64,000 nucleotides of DNA from a virus, in the IMG/VR virus record IMGVR_UViG_3300008262_000014, positions 32,001-96,000 of that record, one strand, 5' to 3'. Both the position numbers and the translations under genes were made by a program. The notes beneath the pieces were generated by a model that saw only the letters and a list, made by a program, of their open reading frames with translations, did not search any database and was not told where the DNA came from. Of this stretch, positions 39,601 through 48,300 are shown piece after piece (the first letter of the stretch is position 1; each line of letters begins with the position of its first letter).

Positions 39601-40213
39601 GATATGTTTGATTATTAAATTCAATAACATATTTTTTAAAAGATGAATAGAAATTTTTTATACTTAACTCTTCTTCAGGTGATTTAGGTGTTATTGGTTT
39701 TTTTAGTTCAATGTCAAGAGGATTAAATATCCTTGAACTTTCTACAGAAAATGATGTTATTTCTCTGTCTTTATCAAAAGTTATGTTATATAAAGTATAA
39801 GGAATAATATAATTAATTCTTTCTTTATCAATTAAAAAACCAGCAGGATATTTACTAATTATATTTTTTACAGATACCTCTAACCTTTTAGATAATGATC
39901 CATATAATGATTTACCTGCGTCATTTTTTGCACTTCTAAATCTTATTTTTTTATCCGCTTCTTTTTCTTTAGATAAATCAATACCAACATCGCTTAATTC
40001 TTTATTTTGATCAACTAATGTATCTAAAGTTAAAAATTCAGAAAAGGGACTTGTCCTAAAATTCTTACTATCTTTTTCAGGTATAATTCTATCTAAAGCA
40101 AAATTCGTATTAGTTAATTGACTAGATCCATCGGTAATTTGGACACCGACTAAACTATCACTAAATGTATCTTTTCCGCTTGACGCCTGACTTGGTACTT
40201 TATATTTTGCCAT
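33614..40213 (-). CDS. Large baseplate wedge protein (P2 gpI/T4 gp7-like core) with C-terminal Cys-rich receptor-binding-like modules
   Basis: LAENLG..RRLLVNLAWIYKSKGTRASINFFL motif; three repeated modules, a propeller-like region, TP linker and terminal domain. Confidence 0.65.
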   Translation of the reverse strand: MAKYKVPSQASSGKDTFSDSLVGVQITDGSSQLTNTNFALDRIIPEKDSKNFRTSPFSEFLTLDTLVDQNKELSDVGIDLSKEKEADKKIRFRSAKNDAGKSLYGSLSKRLEVSVKNIISKYPAGFLIDKERINYIIPYTLYNITFDKDREITSFSVESSRIFNPLDIELKKPITPKSPEEELSIKNFYSSFKKYVIEFNNQTYQIDDYQESNNLNEIKFKIKGNPFSGLSAYSQTILVRPSNSIFEEFYNNLDEIEQQLLNRESNPKYTAYFNVLKDTIDGSSTDIVKVEVTWPTYVDGWNIKIDGIDFDFYLADLKEIGDQIDDYKSNLFIRFLTSPQLYEFDTDEKKAESVFQLYGQNFDRVKKYIDNIAYMRNVSYDGINNLPDILLKNLAENLGITTVDLFDEKKLDDIFYNRPKSNYQGQDGGKNLVEAEYEFYRRLLVNLAWIYKSKGTRASINFFLRFLGAPDPLIVVNEYIYKVVSLPNSSDLESDIYDVLQRSKVLTTGIFSPTTFSYTKESITGLTTFNRDGYPVDETTLLPRRAFDETSDIFFQKGAGWYDMTLNHRSVDILDEENSILTGRTKTLKTKSKSYTYGEDYFDVFRTLPGLDTGYGLDPAIDNVKSEFNNDNSQYILNRKNIDAYLSPSRSIDYDIWRKSRDLLLTFGTNTLYPQTGVTFAEFLDKTIHTQLKNSHVIRYKKNYIALEDVYTSYFNTIGFTPYQFIDSHEFIQKMSPYWMQVLDQLIPSSTLWTGGVLITNNFFGRPKYKYNIGCQAKTFEENLYPDFEKAISEDLETILGEEENFRGLINITGITYCPIIEIDGQVFSGSSYCILFSGATNTNNSVKLFNPAPMTGCTIIPDSGTTGIPLICDFKDHLDPDIDKAEDLWKIALSGLVENVVNKYVTGYTAGYVNYQPFLNTTGQTYTWEYKPKLKLEYFTDIDGKEKVRFTSIKYDFNDCSVEDYFLYRFDAEYKPINPTCLVADVTISSGDCPTDYCPQVDLVFSLTNGVGVQKGGDGSSFYKYTGCELLSGSSGTTSNGISFTQIDPCSIQFSAVSLGEKIQINFFDAANCETKLIVNGFQKKYEHDVDSSYYQEFVIDTYFSGTSVWLGCAPCTGLTHISSQTAVTFVDNFQNCVLIPKVSYGPSYNYGLLSNSRALRIISSFPLIQIQNGTIDYNAIMSYINVGAIEIIDVKDINIDDNLLTANYLPCSGFSNNSFKIANVNGYSFTYEYDYNKVKSIECLGSVKKSIISGLTSNGSLTVIEVLPTTKLKVYTNKIIDGKIITKTNYFFDERIPEHLQVRGEEPIDPCCPYPEDYLDNNGDYLINVDGFLIEVIAVDLNYCEPNLYYNLNFETSGRNIPVGNDLIVFNGNDTHQVLLQHKYQTHVNDFFGDDNCVQQYYTDVEDCPITPTIDEVEDDCGDLLCADICLIGTYSSTTLYTSYTYQIVGVYNNRNYYKSTDGTYDYYIIWNNGTNRWEHWENFDTTLGTSGTLYSYLNYTGNTPISSTEYQWIYNYDPELGAYVTTVKNCPDPVCFSFDPGEITCVLSTELRYPAGYHNGKYYYSLNYTNSGTGTTTCVFGAVVWNSGTTRWEYVNSYNVTNKTPGTSIGYLNYSGNTPISSTEYQWNRISLQVGLLNSSLNECPPEVCFYLTSGGTSNYIYSGFPTTHYDGKLVYYINNPSLTTTPIYVLWNSGTTRWEMWESYDYLNPSTPPSNQMYGYLINNDYYPLSDDINVWSGNTGSTLPLSGTSVIGECVIPSSIFLPQCSILINDNSNDVYYYDYSSNTKTNLGTFIFSPDIAHTSNKMWLYNSSIYEWNITLNPWSTTFNRIITLPSGINNIGAGLCAINDTKLLSTYYNSVSGLDEMIEIDISSSVATVNTVFSLAPTESIAGDIVYTTNNKVLFTVTKSGGVFLNQYDYTTGLFETSANLNTTATSPYGIFQDNGSLYVANSDGKIYNIPLTYPYTPILTQTIPSLTVYGSSQIPECCTVNLQLEPTPTPTSTSTPTPTITPTPTITPTPTITPTLTPTATPTPTYLLPVSGLIWSTTKNTSGVTGCETAEWIISPDNLCVRFNIADSFNCGGTCNITQTGTATATITVGPVDTFLNLSFSGLAELQNTDYENIAFYLDGTLIASATSQELNQGCAMGPVIENIIVPGPYLLPAGTTHTLFIDFTTDDPLFHVGSYYEICLNFTT

Positions 40214-41133
40214 TATATATCTGTAATCGTATCAAAATCTAATGCAGTATCTATATTTGTTTTCCTTTCTCTAACTTCGAATAATGTTTCATTAAATTCA
40301 TCCTTAACTTCATAGAGATTGTATTGTCTATAGATATTGTTATTATTATCATAAATTGTGTAAATACCTGGGGCAATCGCCTTAGTTTGATTACCATACA
40401 AGGCATGTGCTAAAGTATTTGCATCATGTTCAACCATTTCTATTTCTATAGTGGTTGGATTCATAAAAGTGTTTGTTAATATTATTTTTTGTGACGGACT
40501 ACCAATAAATGGAACCGTATTTGGTCTACTAGATGGTGCAGAGGATGGTGTTACAGTTAAAAACATTAAATTTGTTGCCTGATCTGTATATTGATATCTA
40601 ATCGCCTTTTGTGTTGTATTAGTTAAATTTGACACAATTGGTGTACAATAAAATGATGAAGTTACCACCCTATAAAAATTAGGAATTTTAGTGTTATCTG
40701 TTGTGTTTATGTATTCTATTCTATATCCAATTAATCCTTGAGGGGTGAATTTATTTCTATCTTCGGTTGGTACATTACTTAAATCTATAATTAATCCTCT
40801 AACAGACGGTAATGACACTAAAATTCCACAATCCGTTATTGTCGTTCTGATTTGTTTTGGTCTAATGTGTAAGGTATATATACCAAGTTCAGAAAAATCA
40901 TTTGAATTTAATTTTAGGTTATATAACCCACCTAAAATTTCATTATTTGGTGCGGTTGTGTCAGATGTCGTATTAACATTATGAAAAACCGGTGTTAAAA
41001 TATCAGCCGAATTTAACTTTTTTAGTGTTACTTCAGATGTACTTAACCTATCCTCAACATAATGATAATAAATTTCCACATCCTGTGGTGATATGTCCGA
41101 CGGTCTAATTATACCATATGATCCTACTGCCAT
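40213..41133 (-). CDS. Virion structural protein
   Basis: 306 aa in the baseplate block; TATTTAT upstream. Confidence 0.6.
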   Translation of the reverse strand: MAVGSYGIIRPSDISPQDVEIYYHYVEDRLSTSEVTLKKLNSADILTPVFHNVNTTSDTTAPNNEILGGLYNLKLNSNDFSELGIYTLHIRPKQIRTTITDCGILVSLPSVRGLIIDLSNVPTEDRNKFTPQGLIGYRIEYINTTDNTKIPNFYRVVTSSFYCTPIVSNLTNTTQKAIRYQYTDQATNLMFLTVTPSSAPSSRPNTVPFIGSPSQKIILTNTFMNPTTIEIEMVEHDANTLAHALYGNQTKAIAPGIYTIYDNNNNIYRQYNLYEVKDEFNETLFEVRERKTNIDTALDFDTITDI

Positions 41134-41159
41134 ATATTTTTATTTAATAAATATATTTT

Positions 41160-42083
41160 TTATTGTTTTATTACATTAAAAAATCCATTTCCATAAATTT
41201 CCAATTCTCCCGTATTGTCAATTTCTGTTAATCTAAGATTATTTTCCATAACACTAAGTTTACCACGTTCAATAAAAATATCTGAATAAATTGTTGGTTC
41301 GTCTATAAAACCAAGAAAATGTTCGTTTCTTGTTAATATTTTATTAAAAACTTCTTCTTTTGTGTAACCGGTAGTATTACCCGTAATCATGGTATAACCA
41401 TCAGAATAGTCTTTATATACCAAATTGTCAATAGTATATGCACTAAAAATACCGACAGTATCTGTTCCAACGGTAACTCCACTATATAAATTTGATCCAT
41501 ATAATTTTAATTCATCAATTCTACTACCACCAATTGCAACATATTTAAATATTGTATGTCCTGTATTATTAGTATAATCTAAGTCATTTAAATAATCTTG
41601 TGAACCTAATGATGTTGTGTACGGTATCGTAAATCCACTAAATGTACCCAATGGATTGACCACTGTAAGATTTTGTGGTATTTTTACTATTTTTTTAAGT
41701 TCTTGTTTTGTCCATGGGCTATCCAATTTTATTGTTATAGTATATGAACTATATCCACTTAATGGGGTTGGGTATGTTTTAGTTGCGGTTGTTAATAAAT
41801 TATTTACATGTATTGGTAAATTATTACTTGTTCCGTCGCCCCAATTTATTGTGAACGTGGCTTCTTTTATATATCTGAATTTTTCAACAAATACGGTATT
41901 ATAAACTTGTACTGTTGATGCTGTTTGTGTATAACTAAAATTACAGAACTCTTCCACTTGTGTTATTTCACCATCAAATCCAACCATAATACCCATTTCA
42001 TCAACAGAATCATCTAAATATAATGGTATATTATAAGTTAATCCTGTATTGACTTTTAAAATACTATATTTTGTCTTTTTCAT
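41160..42083 (-). CDS. Virion structural protein with PKD-like motif
   Basis: TINWGDGT..YTITI PKD signature. Confidence 0.6.
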   Translation of the reverse strand: MKKTKYSILKVNTGLTYNIPLYLDDSVDEMGIMVGFDGEITQVEEFCNFSYTQTASTVQVYNTVFVEKFRYIKEATFTINWGDGTSNNLPIHVNNLLTTATKTYPTPLSGYSSYTITIKLDSPWTKQELKKIVKIPQNLTVVNPLGTFSGFTIPYTTSLGSQDYLNDLDYTNNTGHTIFKYVAIGGSRIDELKLYGSNLYSGVTVGTDTVGIFSAYTIDNLVYKDYSDGYTMITGNTTGYTKEEVFNKILTRNEHFLGFIDEPTIYSDIFIERGKLSVMENNLRLTEIDNTGELEIYGNGFFNVIKQ

Positions 42084-42880
42084 TAACTTAGTGCTTGATA
42101 AAATTTTATTGGTTTATAACGTGTACCAACCTTACTTCCTGTCATTCCAGAATAACTATATACCTCATATGAATAGTCTGATTTATCTATTTCTAATTGA
42201 AAATATAAATCTCTATATTCTAAAATCTCGGTAGTAGGACTTAATGGTGAATTTGTAAAATTTAATATTTCGCCATCTTTTGCATTATAAAATCTAGCGG
42301 TAAACCAAAATGTATTTCCAGTTAATGATGTTTCCTCAAATGGTGTTTCATCTTTAAACCAAAAAAGATACATATTTTCTTTATTTCTATAATTTGAACC
42401 CGAAAAAACAGGTACTGATATGAATTTTAATAACCCCGTATAAAAATATTTTTCACCTAACGGCAATGATAAATTTTTTGAAAAAACTAATTTTCTATTT
42501 GATCTCTCAGGTCTTTCGTTGTTTGGTGTTTTATAAAATTCTAATCTAAAAAAACTTTCAGTAGATTGTTTTAAAAATTTTGCATTTTCTTGATGTGTTA
42601 TACCCACTAAACTATAATCTAAACCATTATTATATGTTGTACCAGTGGTAAAATAAAAATAAAACCATATTTCATTTTGTGTAAACGGAGTCGCACCTGT
42701 TATCGGATATTCTTTATGAATATATCTAACTGTTTCATAATTATCAATTGGATTAATGATCTTTAATAAACTTTCTCTTTCTAATTCTTGTGCATTCTCT
42801 TGCCATCCCAAATCAGTTTTGAAATCATTCTCGTTATTAATAACAATATTATTTGTCAAGTTGTTTCTTAATATTTTCAT
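42083..42880 (-). CDS. Virion structural protein
   Basis: About 265 aa, translationally coupled to both neighbours. Confidence 0.6.
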   Translation of the reverse strand: MKILRNNLTNNIVINNENDFKTDLGWQENAQELERESLLKIINPIDNYETVRYIHKEYPITGATPFTQNEIWFYFYFTTGTTYNNGLDYSLVGITHQENAKFLKQSTESFFRLEFYKTPNNERPERSNRKLVFSKNLSLPLGEKYFYTGLLKFISVPVFSGSNYRNKENMYLFWFKDETPFEETSLTGNTFWFTARFYNAKDGEILNFTNSPLSPTTEILEYRDLYFQLEIDKSDYSYEVYSYSGMTGSKVGTRYKPIKFYQALS

Positions 42881-44634
42881 CAACAATCAATATTTAAATT
42901 TTTGGATTTTTTAATACCATCTTGTTTATTTGTCAAATCTTTTTCATTTAATAAATAAAAGTTAATGGTTTTTTGAATATAATGTGTGTTATTTAAAAAA
43001 GGAAAATTTGTTCCAAATCCATCAACGTCCACATATCCGTGATCATATAAATCTCTCCATTTCCATAGATTTTCGTTTTTATCGTAAATTAAATTTTCTG
43101 GTAAATTATATATATCATTTGTTTGAGATGTTTCTATATATGGTGATAATTCCCTAATTTTAACTCTATGATGTGGTTGGTATCCGATACCAACTAAATT
43201 ATTATTAGATGCTAATTTTAATGTTGTGTTTAAATTTTGTCCGTGATTAAATATGTTTAAAGGACTTGTTATTTTGTGAAACGCTTCACTAATAATTCTT
43301 TCCTTTAATTCTGTTTTATTATATTCAACAAATGCACCAGTTAAAATGGTTCCAATTGGTAATGAATTACCTCTATTAAATGTTATACCAGAATTTATAA
43401 AAGGTGTACTGGTTAATGTTGTTTCATTTGATGTTGTACCGCTAAAATGATTATCTACCCATGTATCATGAAAATGAAACCTATATCCAAGTTTGGGTGG
43501 ATAATTAAAATACCCATTATCATTTCTAAAAATTATTGTCACATATAATTCTGTAGGAGTGTAATTAAAATTATTTGTTATTCCACTTAATGTATATGGT
43601 TCCTTAAAATCAAAAAGAACCGCCTCCATTCTATTTTTCTCAACATAATAATCTATTATACCTTGTGAATTTTGAAATAATAATTTTCTTTCTTCTTCAA
43701 AAATTGGTGATTCAAATCCTGCTTTATCTAAAATATAGTTGTTTTGGTTAGTTAATGTTTTATGTTTATGTACATAATATTCAGATGTTGTTTCATCGAT
43801 TTTATTTATATTAATACATCTTTTTCCTATTATAACTCTATCTAAAATTAAAGATGGGTTAAATTGACTTCTTAAAATGTTAATAACATATTTTTCAGAA
43901 TTATACGTTTGATTACCGACAGTATTAACATAAAATGTTCTACCACTAGAAGGTACACCACTGTTTAGTGTACTTTCTAAAATTGTTAAATATTCTCCCT
44001 GTTTGATACCATGTTCAACAGGTGATGTGAATGTATAGTATTTTCCATTTATTCTCGCCCTAAATGGAATACCATCTTTTGCTTGAAATGAAAATGTACC
44101 ACCATCAGACAAAGTATATTTCATTGGATATGAAGTATCGGCACTATAAACATATGAGAGATAAAAATTCCAATTTTTATAGGGGGCATTAATTTGAGTA
44201 GTTCCTAAATGATCGGTAACACCATCAGTTAATGTTATTAATGGACTAAAATCAGATGGTGTCAAACCTGATAATGGTGTATTTTTTTCTCTTAATACAT
44301 CATTTCTTAAAAACGCAAATTCATTATAATTTATAAATCCTGTCCAATCAGAATTAGATCCATCATCTGATAATGATAAATTTCTTTGTAAAGGAGAATA
44401 TGTGGTATCGCCTGAATATGTATTTCTAAAAACCATTCTAACTTTACCAAATATTTTATAATTTTTACATTCGTTTCTTTCTTTATTAAATTGTTCTGAA
44501 ACATCCAATACAACATCTCTATCACCTTCCCTTAAAAGATTTTTAGATTCATCAAAATTTATCCTAAGAGATAAATTTTGATCTGGTGCTCTTTCATATA
44601 ATTTATTTGGTAGTACTAATATTTTCTTTTCCAT
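42880..44634 (-). CDS. Virion structural protein
   Basis: 584 aa; FNKERNECKNYKIFGK and WKWRDLYDHGY motifs; in the baseplate block. Confidence 0.6.
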   Translation of the reverse strand: MEKKILVLPNKLYERAPDQNLSLRINFDESKNLLREGDRDVVLDVSEQFNKERNECKNYKIFGKVRMVFRNTYSGDTTYSPLQRNLSLSDDGSNSDWTGFINYNEFAFLRNDVLREKNTPLSGLTPSDFSPLITLTDGVTDHLGTTQINAPYKNWNFYLSYVYSADTSYPMKYTLSDGGTFSFQAKDGIPFRARINGKYYTFTSPVEHGIKQGEYLTILESTLNSGVPSSGRTFYVNTVGNQTYNSEKYVINILRSQFNPSLILDRVIIGKRCININKIDETTSEYYVHKHKTLTNQNNYILDKAGFESPIFEEERKLLFQNSQGIIDYYVEKNRMEAVLFDFKEPYTLSGITNNFNYTPTELYVTIIFRNDNGYFNYPPKLGYRFHFHDTWVDNHFSGTTSNETTLTSTPFINSGITFNRGNSLPIGTILTGAFVEYNKTELKERIISEAFHKITSPLNIFNHGQNLNTTLKLASNNNLVGIGYQPHHRVKIRELSPYIETSQTNDIYNLPENLIYDKNENLWKWRDLYDHGYVDVDGFGTNFPFLNNTHYIQKTINFYLLNEKDLTNKQDGIKKSKNLNIDC

Positions 44635-45326
44635 TATTTTTGGATATTAAATAAATAATTTCTTATAGATTTTAATAATGTATATGGTTGTTTATCACTT
44701 CTACAAATACCTTCTTCAACTGTTATTTTATTATATTCATACGCAACACCACATGTATCCCAATTAATTTCTTCACCTTCGTCTCTTCTTATAATTTCTA
44801 TAATTTGTTTTTCATCTCTAACAATACCGTTTTTACTTTTAGGTATCTTTGATATAATATTTTCACTATAACCCTTTTCTTTACATTTACATATTGTCAT
44901 TTTACCGTTTAATGAATATGATTTTTCCATTGCAGCAATTTCCATACCATCCATATATTCAGACATTTCAACAACTCTTCTATGTACAACACCACTAAAA
45001 CAAGTTGTAAACATAAATTTTGTTTCATTATTTATTATTGGTTTTAGTGCATCCATTAATTTATAAACTTTTAATTTATCATCCGTTGTCTGTACTAAAA
45101 ATTTACCAGTACCAAAACTTGTTATATTAATTTGTTTTAATTTATCAGGATATTTTTTTATAAATTTTTTAACATCTTCAATACATTTGTCAATTGAGCT
45201 ATATGGTCCAATACTATATGTTAATCTTGATAAAAGATTATATAAAAAAGATTCTTCATTATTATATAAAACATATATTATAAGATGTGTCGGTTTCCTT
45301 TTTTTAAAAATATCTAGTATGTTCAT
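44634..45326 (-). CDS. Hypothetical protein inserted in the structural block
   Basis: About 230 aa, K/I-rich, composition unlike the flanking virion proteins; FTTCFSG. Confidence 0.6.
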   Translation of the reverse strand: MNILDIFKKRKPTHLIIYVLYNNEESFLYNLLSRLTYSIGPYSSIDKCIEDVKKFIKKYPDKLKQINITSFGTGKFLVQTTDDKLKVYKLMDALKPIINNETKFMFTTCFSGVVHRRVVEMSEYMDGMEIAAMEKSYSLNGKMTICKCKEKGYSENIISKIPKSKNGIVRDEKQIIEIIRRDEGEEINWDTCGVAYEYNKITVEEGICRSDKQPYTLLKSIRNYLFNIQK

Positions 45327-45327
45327 A

Positions 45328-48300
45328 TTAAAATGGTCCAAAAAGTTCTATAAATTTATCAAAGGCGGTTTTTCCTTTTCTCAATCCAAAATAATAATGA
45401 AATGGTGTACCGATTTCCATTATATGTCTTCTTTGTCCTCCAACGGTATACTCTTTATAATTGTCATTATATTTTTTATTACCTGATCCATAATCTAAAC
45501 AATCTCTTATTGGTGGTATAACATATGGGTTAAAATAATCATCATCTGAATTAACGACAGGATTAGGGTCTGGATTTAAATTTGACTTCATTAACTGTAG
45601 TCTTTGTGAATAGATATTTGAATTATAAAATTGTTGATTTTCACTATTACCAATTGTTAAAGCTTCACCAAAACCATGTCCAAAAGTTTCCCACATGTAA
45701 TATGGTACTTTTTGTGATGTGTCACCTAGTCTTGATGGTTCATTTAAACATCTTCTAATTAATCCACCGTATCTTTCAGTAATTACTGTATCAGGATCAT
45801 CCTCACTAAAAACAAAATCTATACCTACAGCACCTCTACCATCAAAAATTGTACTATACTGTGCAGTGTAAGGTGAATCAAATTCTTCATATTCAAAAGG
45901 ATATATACCTGTTTGTGTATTAAAATTCATCAATTGTGCTATATCTCCATCAATTAACCCATATCCTCTAGCATCAAATAAGTCTTGTACGTCTAATTTT
46001 CCCCTTTCTTTTATTTCTTTTGATTGGATAACATACTCAATTAAATCGTCTAACCCTTTATATGATGTTGAACCGACACTTCTAGTTATAGAACAATTTA
46101 CATCAAGTTCAGGATCTACACATATTTCATTTATCCATGTATTTCTTGGTCCTAAATCAACAACCGCGGTTGGAAAATTTATTTCTCTTTTTGTTTTTAC
46201 TGACCCCTCATAATTATAAGTTCTTAATTGACCATAAAAACCTTTTGTTTTATTCATATAGTCAGAAGTTAAACTAGGATTAGCCGCAAGTTGGGTACCA
46301 GTTGCCGGATCATAATCATATTGTGTTTCAGAAAAAGTATAATTTGGATTATATGGTGTTGATCTATAATATAAATGAAGACCAGAAGAGTCGGTAAACT
46401 TATAAATACATTGTTTACATAATCTATCATTTTTACCTCTTTTCATAAATTGAAAAAAGTATAAAGATCCTATCAACCACGAATCGGTAAATAAATAAGA
46501 AACAACTCCACCACACATTAATTGACCAAATAGTTTTCTTCTCCTCCATGATTTTAACATACCAAAAGTCTTTCCCGCTAAAGGTACTATTGTATAAACA
46601 CCATCCCTAAATTCTGAAAATCCTGAATTTGTTCCTTGTGTTGTTAATGAATTGTCAACATAATAGGGTCCCTTTTTCTTTACTTCACCATAATATGCAC
46701 CATTTATAACACATTGTACTGAATTATTATCAAAACCACCAAATTTCATTGGCCATTTACAATGATAACTTAGAACGGCACCAACGTTATATGGTGTACC
46801 AGAAAAACAAGGATCAGGGTGTAAATTTAAAATACTTGTTGGGTAATTATTATCCCATGAATCACTTGGATAATATCCTGTAGAGTTACTACGTTGATTA
46901 TTTATCAACCATTGTCTCATGGTAGCATAATCAGGAAATCCTGCTAATGGAAAAACAAATCCCTTTAAATTCATTTTTCCTTCTCCACCATCTTCTGTCC
47001 ATTTTGTATCTATTATGAAATCATATTTATCACAACCTCTTTCAGGTGATCCCGCCGGTCTGGCATCAGGATCATTTGCTTTATTATTACAATCACCAGG
47101 AACTTCCCACATTTTTGAAATTAAAACGCAACGATGTTTATTATGTATCGTACCATTTATTGGTTGATCCATTTGTGTAGAATATTCTTCTTTTATTTCA
47201 TTAGCAATATCATCATAAAAACCACCACCTATTTTCCAATTATTTGTTGGTCCATATAATGATACATTTGGATTAAGTGAACTAGCAGGTCCATCCCAAA
47301 TTATTGGATATTTTGTTCCACATCCAATAGCAATTTGTTGAGTAGATCCATCATTAAAAATATCAATTTCAACAATATAACTTCTATTTAATTGTACACC
47401 GTTAAATGTGACACCTGTCCATGGAGCTAATTCATATCCACCACAAAATGCGGTAGAACCAGGTGTTACAGTTACACTTAAACCCGTTATTGATGGTGGT
47501 ATAGTAAATACGGTACCTTTTTTCGCGTAAAGTGTAACAAAAGTTACACCGGTTGATGGATTAGGGGCCGTTATGGTGATTGGTGGGGCTTGTTGATTGT
47601 CACAATTAGTATACCCAGTTATGTGATAATTTAACGATCCGATATGTGTAAATGTATATGTGTCACAAGGTACATTAAAATAAAGATCACCATCAAGATT
47701 GCCGTCTTGACATTTTGAAGAAGAACTTTCCGTATACGATAAACCAGTAAAGATTGGTGGTATCACCCATGATTGACTCGGTTGCCCACAAAATCTTCTA
47801 ATATAATTTGCTGGCATTTCTTCAGTAACAGAAACACCATCACAATCAGTATATGTAATTGAGTAACCGGTTAAACCAGTATTTGTAAATGTATATTCAC
47901 TACAGGGTGTTGATGATTTTCTTTTGGGTAAATATTTCTCACCAAAATTAATATTTGTTGCAATTGGTGGTCCACTAGTATAGTCTTGAGGATTTGGTGG
48001 AGTAGGTATTGTATTTGTATCTTTTAATTCATTATCTTCAGTACAATCATAACAATCGGGATATATAATTAACGGTAATTTAAATATTTGTTTAAACTGA
48101 TATTCTTTAGCCGCCTTATTTTGTTTGGCGGCGGCTTTGTTAACAACTTTGATTCCCGATAATGCATTTGCAAAACCAAATAACACTGCAGTAACAAATT
48201 CTTTAATAAAAAGATTAATAAACTTACCAATAAATTCTATATAATTTATTACTGTTATAATAAAAAATTGAAATCTATGATTTCTAACTGCATCATTAAC

